Positions 8,711 through 15,957 of a stretch of 44,391 nucleotides of DNA are shown here, piece after piece. The position numbers and the translations under genes were made by a program. The notes under the pieces were generated by a model. That model had not been told where the DNA came from and made no database searches. It saw nothing but the letters and a program-made list of their open reading frames with translations. Every line of letters starts with the position of its first letter. Positions within the stretch are counted from its first letter, which is position 1. Origin of the DNA: Escherichia phage vB_EcoS_fPoEco01; the sequence record NC_073317.1. The stretch is one strand, 5' to 3'.

Positions 8711-8890
8711 ATGGCAGATAATTACGTAATCCGCGAAAAGTACACCCACGTTGATGTTGTTGATGGGCAGGTGATGCCGGTTCGCGGTGTTGTAGAAGCG
8801 GATGAACTGGTTGCAACCCAACCGGACAGCGAAGAAGCGCACAACAACGGCGGCGGTACTAAGCGTCGTCGCCGTAAGTCAGAGGAATAA
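8711..8890 (+). CDS. small hypothetical protein with basic C-terminal tail (59 aa)
   Basis: ATG with SD AAGGAAAGG; not in ORF track (below 60 aa); ends TKRRRRKSEE; fits gap between Ig-like gene and connector gene. Confidence 0.3.
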   Translation: MADNYVIREKYTHVDVVDGQVMPVRGVVEADELVATQPDSEEAHNNGGGTKRRRRKSEE

Positions 8891-8893
8891 TTT

Positions 8894-9406
8894 ATGCCGC
8901 TAATCGTGGAAGATGGGTCAATAGTACCTGGTGCCGACAGTTACGTTAGCCTGGCTGATGCCCGCGCGTTAGCGGCTAATTATGGTCTGGAGTTACCGGC
9001 AGACGATACTGCCGCAGAGGTGGCCTTACGTAACGGTGCTACTTATGTCGGGCTTGCAGAACCGCAGATGTGTGGTCGTCGGGTATCCGCTGAACAGTCT
9101 CTGGCGTACCCACGCACCGGTGTTACGTTGAATGGTTTCCCCGTAGCTAACAATGCCATTCCAAAACAGGTGATTCTTGCGCAGGTAATCGCGTCTGCTA
9201 CATATGGCGCAGGTACGGAAGTGCGGGCTAACTCAGACGGTCGCGCTGTGCAGACTGAGCGTGTCGAGGGCGCGGTAACAGTGACCTACTTCAACAACGG
9301 CAGCAGTGGTGCTACGACCGCGATTACCGCTGCGGACGACGCCTTACGCCCGTTACTGTGCGGTGGTCTTAACAATGGCTTCTCGTTTAATGTGTACCGG
9401 GGTTAA
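8894..9406 (+). CDS. head-tail connector / adaptor protein (gp6-like, putative)
   Basis: 170 aa; N-terminal SLADARA... motif resembling gp6-like head-tail connector proteins; position between head and tail modules. Confidence 0.45.
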   Translation: MPLIVEDGSIVPGADSYVSLADARALAANYGLELPADDTAAEVALRNGATYVGLAEPQMCGRRVSAEQSLAYPRTGVTLNGFPVANNAIPKQVILAQVIASATYGAGTEVRANSDGRAVQTERVEGAVTVTYFNNGSSGATTAITAADDALRPLLCGGLNNGFSFNVYRG

Positions 9407-9408
9407 AA

Positions 9409-10023
9409 ATGGCGAAGACTAAATCTGAGATATTTACCCTTATAGGGCAGGAGTTACCCGACAACACGACGGGGCTTATTACTCTGGCCAAGCTGCGCGG
9501 TGTTCTTACGCAGATGGCTGACTCACCTATTTACGCCACTCCTGGCGTTAAAGAGGTTGAAGTTCTCCGTGCCGCGTCTACCGTAACACAAGCGCCTACC
9601 GCGGTAGATACGGCATTGCAGTTAACTTTCGGTCCCGCGCAGGGTAGCGCATCTGACCCGGTAATGATTAATGTAGCGGGTCTGGTTACGTTCAACACTG
9701 CAGGCAACTACGCCGTTCGCATCAAGTTACAGGCCGGGCGCACTGGGGCAAGCGGCACGTCTATCCTGCTATCGCGCATTCTTCTGAACGGCGCTCAGTA
9801 TGGCTCGCCCGCAGCCACTAAACTGGTAAGCGCCGATACTACAATCCCGATTGAATCCCGTGTGGTTATTAATCCGACGGCAGGCCAGACGTTTTCCGTT
9901 CAGATTATGCGGGATAGTGCCGGAACTAACTACGGCGGCGTATACCCGCAAGTGGCTACGGTAACCGCATGGGGTACCGCCCCGTCGGCACTACTGGTTA
10001 TTTCGAGACTGGAGGCCGCCTGA
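9409..10023 (+). CDS. hypothetical structural protein
   Basis: 204 aa ORF in head-tail joining region; no recognisable motif. Confidence 0.35.
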   Translation: MAKTKSEIFTLIGQELPDNTTGLITLAKLRGVLTQMADSPIYATPGVKEVEVLRAASTVTQAPTAVDTALQLTFGPAQGSASDPVMINVAGLVTFNTAGNYAVRIKLQAGRTGASGTSILLSRILLNGAQYGSPAATKLVSADTTIPIESRVVINPTAGQTFSVQIMRDSAGTNYGGVYPQVATVTAWGTAPSALLVISRLEAA

Positions 10024-10117
10024 TGAATAAGTTCACATGTGGTGTAGTTTTTGGTTTTCTTACCGCGGTAGTCTTGCACAGTTACGGTGTTCTTTTGACG
10101 CTGCAAGAGGTGCTAAA

Positions 10118-10477
10118 ATGAGCACCGCTTTCAGTAAACGTATGCAAGGCGTCGGTACACGCCTGCTAACCAAATTCGGTAGCACGGTATCTCTTGTTCG
10201 CGCTGGCTCGAAAGTGTGGGATGAAGTTCTCGGTGAGTATGTCCGGTCCGCGGATGAAGTGTTGCCGTTGAAGGCTGTTCCGGTTCCGGTAAACGTTGGA
10301 CTGGTAAACGGTACGACGATTCAGGCGGGCGACATGATTGTTAAAGCCGATTGCAGTGTCGTTCCTAAGATGGAAGACAAGGTGCAATTCGGCGGCGAGC
10401 AATGGTCCGTCGTAGCTATCGAGAAGAAGATGGTTAACGATGATGTCGTGGCATACTTTATTCAGGTGAGAAAATGA
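10118..10477 (+). CDS. head-tail joining protein (putative)
   Basis: ATG at 10118 with SD GAGG preferred over upstream alternative start; 119 aa; synteny. Confidence 0.35.
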   Translation: MSTAFSKRMQGVGTRLLTKFGSTVSLVRAGSKVWDEVLGEYVRSADEVLPLKAVPVPVNVGLVNGTTIQAGDMIVKADCSVVPKMEDKVQFGGEQWSVVAIEKKMVNDDVVAYFIQVRK

Positions 10478-10869
10478 GTTTCGCGCTTGATGTCTCTAAG
10501 TTCGTGGAAAAGGCGAAGAAGAACCCCGAGAAGGTGATGCGTCAGGTGTCTATCAAGCTGTTTTCCGCTATTATAAAGGCGAGTCCGGTAGATACGGGCC
10601 GCTTTCGTATGAACTGGATGGTGTCTGGCGGTACTCCTGCTTCCGGGATTACGGACGCCACCGATAAATCAGGAAACACGGCAACCGGAAACGCCACTAG
10701 TTTTGTGCTGAAAGCCGCAGACTGGCACGAGTTCACGCTGACTAATAACCTGCCGTACGCCCAACCTCTTGAGTACGGTTGGTCGCAACAGGCCCCGCAA
10801 GGCATGGTCAGGACTAATGTGTCACGCTTCCAGCAACTAATTAATGAAGAAGCCAATAAGGTAAAATGA
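10474..10869 (+). CDS. HK97 gp10-like tail completion / head-tail adaptor protein
   Basis: 131 aa; contains SPVDTGRFRMNW resembling the P.DTG.L motif of the HK97 gp10 family. Confidence 0.45.
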   Translation: MSFALDVSKFVEKAKKNPEKVMRQVSIKLFSAIIKASPVDTGRFRMNWMVSGGTPASGITDATDKSGNTATGNATSFVLKAADWHEFTLTNNLPYAQPLEYGWSQQAPQGMVRTNVSRFQQLINEEANKVK

Positions 10870-11282
10870 TGGGCTACTTTGAAGACTTAACCAAAGCGTT
10901 CGACGTGCCGCTGGTAGCCTTCGGGGCCGCCAACGGCATCAGGGTAGCGCTTGAGAACATCGACGCTCCGACGTCAACCGATACGCCATACCTTGCGAGT
11001 TACATGCTACTGGCGGATACCGAGCAGGCCGACTTATTTTTCACCGAGCAACGTGCAGGTATTTATCAGGTAGACATTAACTACGCATCTGTGAAAGGTA
11101 GCGCGCCAATCAATAAAATGGCAGACTTACTTAACACGGCATTCAAAGCAGGTAAGTCTTTTTCACGTAACGACATCTGCGCCGAAGTGCAATCGGTTAG
11201 CCTGGGGCCGCTGATTGTAGAAAATGGATGGGCCAAAAGACCATTGTCGATTAACTTTATTGCATTCACCAAGAGGCTGTGA
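10866..11282 (+). CDS. tail terminator-like protein (putative)
   Basis: 138 aa ORF immediately upstream of major tail protein gene; synteny only. Confidence 0.3.
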   Translation: MMGYFEDLTKAFDVPLVAFGAANGIRVALENIDAPTSTDTPYLASYMLLADTEQADLFFTEQRAGIYQVDINYASVKGSAPINKMADLLNTAFKAGKSFSRNDICAEVQSVSLGPLIVENGWAKRPLSINFIAFTKRL

Positions 11283-11284
11283 AT

Positions 11285-12451
11285 ATGGCTACAACTCCTT
11301 TTAAGGGCGCGAATACCGCGCAATTCTATGTGGCGGAAACTACCCCGGGCGTGACACCGACTTCCCCGGTATGGTCGCCGTTGCGCAATACTGGCGGTGT
11401 TCCTGCGGTAACCCGCGACGCGCTGACCTCCAACGAACTCGACGGCAGCAGAGAAACCACATCCATCCGCACCGGTAACAAACAGGTTAGCGGGGAGTAC
11501 GCCATCGAACTTAGCTCACGTAGCCAGGATGATTTCCTTGCGGGTGCTATGACTTCTACGTGGCAGGATGGGGTAGAGATTACGGGTGCTGAAATTACGG
11601 TCGCTCCAGCAGGTAAAACATTCACCCGCGCTGCCGGTTGCTTCATTACTGACGGTGTAGAAGTTGGCGACCTGATTGCGTTCACCGACTTAACCGGCGA
11701 CAACGCAAAACCGTTTATCGTGACTGAGGTTTCTGCTCTTGTAGTTACGGGTGCGGGTATCCAGCACACGCTGACAGCAGAGACTGTAACCACCGACGCT
11801 AAAACAGGCGATAAACTGGAAACCGGTAACGCATGTAAGACGTTCTCCATCCTGACATGGTTCAAAGGACAGTGCGGGAACCCTGACGCGTACATGCTGA
11901 CCAAAGGCGTGGAAATCTCCGGTTTCACCATTGAACAGGCCGTAAACGCGATGGTGACAGGCAGCTTCCCGTTCATCGGTCTGAGTCAGGAAATTCTTTC
12001 TGCACCGCCAGCAGGTTCTGATTTCTCTCAGGTGACGTTTACCGATGAGCCGTTCTCATCCGTAGATGTGTCTGTGTTCGACGGTTCTACGCCGTTGCGT
12101 TGCGATACTCTGACCATCACCAACGACAACGGTGCGTCCGCACAGTTCGAACTAGGCAACAGTAGCGTCGCGTTCGTGGAACGTGGTCGCGCGGCTAACA
12201 CATTCTCCATCTCCGGCAAGCTGTACGACATGGCGATGATTCAGAAGTTTATCAACGAACAGCAGGTAGAGATTAACTCTATTCTGGCGGGGGTAAACGG
12301 GGCTATGTCTTTCAGCCTGAAACGTGCCGAGTTGACCGCAGTTACGCCAGAAATATCTGGCCCAGAATCAATCACCCAGAGCATAGAGGGACAGTCCACC
12401 GGCAATCAGTACCAGTCATCTATCGTAATTCAGCGTATTAGTTACACATAA
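11285..12451 (+). CDS. major tail protein
   Basis: About 389 aa, Thr/Gly/Ser-rich, SD AAGAGG upstream of ATG 11285; located upstream of tail chaperone and tape measure genes; followed by terminator. Confidence 0.6.
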   Translation: MATTPFKGANTAQFYVAETTPGVTPTSPVWSPLRNTGGVPAVTRDALTSNELDGSRETTSIRTGNKQVSGEYAIELSSRSQDDFLAGAMTSTWQDGVEITGAEITVAPAGKTFTRAAGCFITDGVEVGDLIAFTDLTGDNAKPFIVTEVSALVVTGAGIQHTLTAETVTTDAKTGDKLETGNACKTFSILTWFKGQCGNPDAYMLTKGVEISGFTIEQAVNAMVTGSFPFIGLSQEILSAPPAGSDFSQVTFTDEPFSSVDVSVFDGSTPLRCDTLTITNDNGASAQFELGNSSVAFVERGRAANTFSISGKLYDMAMIQKFINEQQVEINSILAGVNGAMSFSLKRAELTAVTPEISGPESITQSIEGQSTGNQYQSSIVIQRISYT

Positions 12452-12495
12452 CTTGTGGTATAAGAAGAGTAAAGGATAGCTTTAGCGGGCGAAAA

Positions 12496-12524
12496 AGAGA
12501 GGGGTCGTGCCCTCTCTTTCCTTT
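12496..12524 (+). terminator. rho-independent terminator after major tail gene
   Basis: AGAGAGGG-gtcgtg-CCCTCTCT followed by TTTCCTTTAT. Confidence 0.5.
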
Positions 12525-12558
12525 ATATGGTAAATACACGAGCCTGACGAGGTGAATA

Positions 12559-13191
12559 ATGTTCTTGTATGAAGAATTTGAAAAGATACCAGCATCAAAA
12601 CGGGCGGTATCATGCCGTAAAACAATCTGCGGAGTCGGTGTCAACGATGCAGATTTCACCACCAGTATTTTCAACGGCAAAAAGTCTGTTAACCACCCGG
12701 TGTACGATATTTGGTGTGCGATGATATTCAGGTGCTACCATGGGTCCGTTAAGCATCCAACATACTCAGGAGTGGTAGTGTGTGAAGACTGGCTGTATTT
12801 CTCCAACTACTTTAAATGGTACAAAGATAACTACGTAGAGGGTTGGCATGTTGACAAAGATTTGCTTACGGATTCTAAAGAATACTCACCGGATACCTGT
12901 ATATTTGTCCCAAGAGTTTTAAACAACTTTCTAACCGACAGCGCAGCGGCTAGAGGTGACCTACCGATAGGCCTTACTTATAGGAAAACAAACGGCAAGA
13001 TTCGATGCAGGGTTAATAATCCGCTAACCGGGGTGCGCGAAAACTTAGGCGATTTTACCGATTTGGATGAAGCCATCAAGGCCAGAACGCTGCGGAAGTT
13101 AGAGATAGCCGGAGAACTTAAGCCACTTATGGATTCCATAGACGGGAGAATCTATCCGAGGGCCGTTTCTGTAATTAAGGCACAACGATAA
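12559..13191 (+). CDS. HNH-like homing endonuclease with AP2-type domain (paralog 2)
   Basis: 210 aa; paralog of 3929..4552 with GWHVDKDLL...CIFVPRVLNNFL and AP2-like C-terminus; SD GAGGTGA; inserted between major tail gene and chaperone genes. Confidence 0.55.
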   Translation: MFLYEEFEKIPASKRAVSCRKTICGVGVNDADFTTSIFNGKKSVNHPVYDIWCAMIFRCYHGSVKHPTYSGVVVCEDWLYFSNYFKWYKDNYVEGWHVDKDLLTDSKEYSPDTCIFVPRVLNNFLTDSAAARGDLPIGLTYRKTNGKIRCRVNNPLTGVRENLGDFTDLDEAIKARTLRKLEIAGELKPLMDSIDGRIYPRAVSVIKAQR

Positions 13192-13195
13192 AACT

Positions 13196-13218
13196 AAGGC
13201 CCCTTTCGGGGCCTTTTT
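13196..13218. terminator. bidirectional rho-independent terminator
   Basis: AGGCCCC-tttc-GGGGCCT followed by TTTTT; between + strand HNH gene and the end of the minus-strand moron operon. Confidence 0.55.
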
Positions 13219-13219
13219 C

Positions 13220-13450
13220 TTACTCATCAATATTGCTTCGGTACTCCCGTAACTTCTCCAGGCTTTCGATTGCCTCAGCTAAGTCTGTCCAGGTGTCCTT
13301 GTGACCACGTAAACCCATACACAATAGCTTCTTCAATGCGTGCTGTAACGCCGGGTCGCGTATGTCGAAGGCGCGTAGCACGTCGTAAACGTCTACAGTC
13401 ATGGTGCTGCCGTGGGTGTTTGTCATTGTGCGGTTGTATTTATTTGTCAC
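13220..13450 (-). CDS. hypothetical protein (moron operon, 76 aa)
   Basis: Last gene of minus-strand operon 15067 to 13196; no recognisable motif. Confidence 0.4.
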   Translation of the reverse strand: MTNKYNRTMTNTHGSTMTVDVYDVLRAFDIRDPALQHALKKLLCMGLRGHKDTWTDLAEAIESLEKLREYRSNIDE

Positions 13451-13640
13451 GGTTAACTCTCTTAAATCGGGCTATGCCTGACTCGTTAATGCTGCCTATT
13501 TCAAAGAAGCTGCGATATTTAGGCGAATACATTCTTACGTCGCCGTTCTCTAGGGTGACCCCTTCATATACAGCGCCTACTTCGAATCCATTTTTCTCCG
13601 CGTACGGACTCACATCGGTGCATTCATACATATCTTTCAT
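13440..13640 (-). CDS. hypothetical protein (moron operon, 66 aa)
   Basis: Start overlaps stop of upstream gene (translational coupling). Confidence 0.4.
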   Translation of the reverse strand: MKDMYECTDVSPYAEKNGFEVGAVYEGVTLENGDVRMYSPKYRSFFEIGSINESGIARFKRVNRDK

Positions 13641-14767
13641 CCCAGCATCTCCGGTGAAATAGTTAAACGTGCGACCTCGCCATATTCGGCGCTATAAGTA
13701 ATTACATTTGCACTACGGCCCGACATCCATCCGCCGCGCGAGGCGTAGGCGTCTTTAGCCGCTAAGGTGCGGTGTTGCTCAACAATCATGTTACGGCTTT
13801 CTACAATCTTCTGGTGGTGGAGGTGGCCTACGTGGGCGTAGCTGTAAACGCTTTCGCCAAATGCTTTGCGGAACTTGGCAATCATAACCGGTTCGATATC
13901 GTCTAATCGCGCCTTATGCCCGTGGTGAAAGAACAGCGTAGTTTTGCCGTGTTGGACCATCTTGTAAACATCCGGCGACGTATCGACGAACACACGCGGC
14001 TCATTGTCGTACAGCGTACTAAACATCTCAGCTAACCAAATCATTCCGCTTTCGTCGTGGTTCCCTTGCACGATAAGCAAGCGAACAGATTTATGCTTAA
14101 CCAGCGCCATGTCAACAACACGGCGTACCATACGAATCATGTAGCGGACCAGTTTCTGATAACGAGTGTCCGCATCAAGAACATGACCACTCGCTGGCGT
14201 AACCGCATCCAGACTATCGAAGTGCGCGAAGTCACCCAGCAGGTTAATAACCCCAGTTCCTGCATCTGGTGCTTTCTGAAACGCCGCATCGAACCATCGG
14301 GAGAACAGGTCTTCCGCAATCTTCATATCCCAGTCGTCGCCGCTCTCGTCAGCCCAGGCCAGCATACCAAGATGGAAATCAGATACCGTGTACAGATTGA
14401 GTAGTTTATCGTCGCGTTTGGCTCGAGTCGCTTTAACCGGCGCAACTGGCGTAATCTCCGACTTCATTCCTTCGATCACGGCTTTCATTAACTCGACCTG
14501 ACGTTCGGCGTCGGTGTCTGTCTTAACCCATTGCAACTTAGTGTTGCCGAACTCGTCCACCAGTGACGACGTTCCTTTAATTTTGTAGCCGTCCGGGACA
14601 AGATGGCTAACGTCACGACCGTGACCTACGCCTTTCTTCGCCAGCTTCGCTTTACGGATACGAATAACTCGGTCTGAGATGCCGTATTTACGGGATATGT
14701 CGATAATCTTTGTTCCGGCGTTCAATTCTTCCTGTAACTGTTCGTCGGTTATTTTCTTCCGGGCCAT
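13637..14767 (-). CDS. HTH domain + calcineurin-like metallophosphoesterase fusion protein
   Basis: 376 aa; N-terminal HTH-like segment (ITDEQLQEELNAGTKIIDISRKYGISDRVIRIRKAKL); C-terminal metallophosphoesterase motifs in order: SDFHLG (D-x-H), LLGDFAHFD (GD-x-D), QGNHDE (GNHD/E), FFHHGH, HVGHLHH (GH-x-H); SD GAGGAAG. Confidence 0.6.
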   Translation of the reverse strand: MARKKITDEQLQEELNAGTKIIDISRKYGISDRVIRIRKAKLAKKGVGHGRDVSHLVPDGYKIKGTSSLVDEFGNTKLQWVKTDTDAERQVELMKAVIEGMKSEITPVAPVKATRAKRDDKLLNLYTVSDFHLGMLAWADESGDDWDMKIAEDLFSRWFDAAFQKAPDAGTGVINLLGDFAHFDSLDAVTPASGHVLDADTRYQKLVRYMIRMVRRVVDMALVKHKSVRLLIVQGNHDESGMIWLAEMFSTLYDNEPRVFVDTSPDVYKMVQHGKTTLFFHHGHKARLDDIEPVMIAKFRKAFGESVYSYAHVGHLHHQKIVESRNMIVEQHRTLAAKDAYASRGGWMSGRSANVITYSAEYGEVARLTISPEMLG

Positions 14768-14805
14768 GCTTACTTCCTCGTGTTTAGGATTTGTCCTATA
14801 CTAGC

Positions 14806-14997
14806 TCACTTCTCTTTGACATTCGAGTTGCAAGCCCAGATTAAAATAAATACCCACGGCAGCAGAACCCAGCCGAGAAACAGATTAGCCATGAATATCG
14901 CCAGTTTCGCTTTATGTCCGCGCATATGGGCCACTAAAAACGGGATAAAATAAACTAAAACGATAATGATTAAGAAGAACATAGTAATACCTGTCAT
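14806..14997 (-). CDS. Imm-like superinfection immunity membrane protein
   Basis: 63 aa from ATG 14997 (SD AGGAG 7 nt upstream); two TM segments; sequence MFFLIIIVLVYFIPFLVAHMRGHKAKLAIFMANLFLGWVLLPWVFILIWA matches the YF.P...A..R.H....AIF..NLFLGW...W...LIWA pattern of the superinfection-immunity family. Track ORF extends further upstream without a convincing start. Confidence 0.55.
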   Translation of the reverse strand: MTGITMFFLIIIVLVYFIPFLVAHMRGHKAKLAIFMANLFLGWVLLPWVFILIWACNSNVKEK

Positions 14998-15038
14998 GGT
15001 GTAGCTCCTGTTTGAGTTAACATTGTTGGTGTAAGTGA

Positions 15039-15067
15039 ATAGTATCCTATTATGTTGGGGTGCGCAA
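15039..15067 (-). promoter_or_regulatory. class I promoter (TTGCGC-N17-TACTAT) with AATAG-N4-CTATT palindrome, driving moron operon
   Basis: Reverse complement TTGCGCACCCCAACATAATAGGATACTATTCAC, nearly identical to 37339..37367. Confidence 0.55.
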
Positions 15068-15175
15068 GTAATGTGATAGAATAATTTTGCGCCTAGTGTC
15101 GCACACGAAAAGCGGGTGGTTCCCGTCTGGCGCATTTACCATTAACCTGTAACCTCTTAACCAAAGGATTAAAGA

Positions 15176-15592
15176 ATGAAACTTTCTGATTTTTATTACG
15201 AAGCTGAGGCAGAAAAAGGCGCCCGTATGCCGATACCACTGAAAGACGGCACCGATTCAGGGGAGTGGCTGAACGTTGTTTCACCGGAGGCAGACGTTGC
15301 TGTTAAAGCTATGAGGGCGTTTACACTTGCGTACCGCGCGGCATTAGGTAAATTGAAACCGCTTCGCGATAAATGCGAGGAACTGAAAGATTTCTCGGAA
15401 TACAACATCAAGATGGAAGACGCCGCAACGGACCTTAACCGCCAGTTAGCGCTTGAACTGGTTAACGGTTGGAGTCTCGACGATGAATTTAATAAAGAGA
15501 ACCTGAATACTCTTTTCTCACAATATAAACGACTCGCTGAACACGTTGTTGTTTTCCACAATGAACAGCTTCACCAATTGCAGGAAAAGTAG
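15176..15592 (+). CDS. tail assembly chaperone (gpG-like)
   Basis: 138 aa acidic protein directly upstream of tape measure gene; SD AAGGA. Confidence 0.5.
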   Translation: MKLSDFYYEAEAEKGARMPIPLKDGTDSGEWLNVVSPEADVAVKAMRAFTLAYRAALGKLKPLRDKCEELKDFSEYNIKMEDAATDLNRQLALELVNGWSLDDEFNKENLNTLFSQYKRLAEHVVVFHNEQLHQLQEK

Positions 15593-15597
15593 ACGCG

Positions 15598-15957
15598 TTG
15601 CTCCAGTTTGCCCGTTGGAACTTCATAACCCGCCACAAACGGCGGGAGTTTGACAGTATCGCCGACGGGCATAAAGCCGCGCTAATTGCTATGGGGGTTA
15701 TGCAAGACGCGCCGGAAGCAACGCAGGACACAGGGCCGGAATGCCCCCCTGAGCTATTAACCACCTTCGAGAAGTACAGGGAAATCAAATTCACCCGCCG
15801 AGTGGACGATGATGGCATCAAGATGTACCCGCGCGAACAGTTAAGATGGTCGGATTTAGTGGCATACAGCACCGTTTCAGGCCAGAATATAGGCATGTTC
15901 GAATCTGACATCATCATGAGCTTAGACGCTATTTTCGAGGGTAGAAACGATGGCTGA
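15598..15957 (+). CDS. tail assembly chaperone extension (gpT-like; probably expressed as G-T fusion by -1 frameshift)
   Basis: -1 frame relative to 15176..15592 is open from 15565, overlapping the last 9 codons of the G-like ORF; ends overlapping tape measure start; classic G/GT geometry. Slippery site not canonical. Confidence 0.35.
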   Translation: MLQFARWNFITRHKRREFDSIADGHKAALIAMGVMQDAPEATQDTGPECPPELLTTFEKYREIKFTRRVDDDGIKMYPREQLRWSDLVAYSTVSGQNIGMFESDIIMSLDAIFEGRNDG

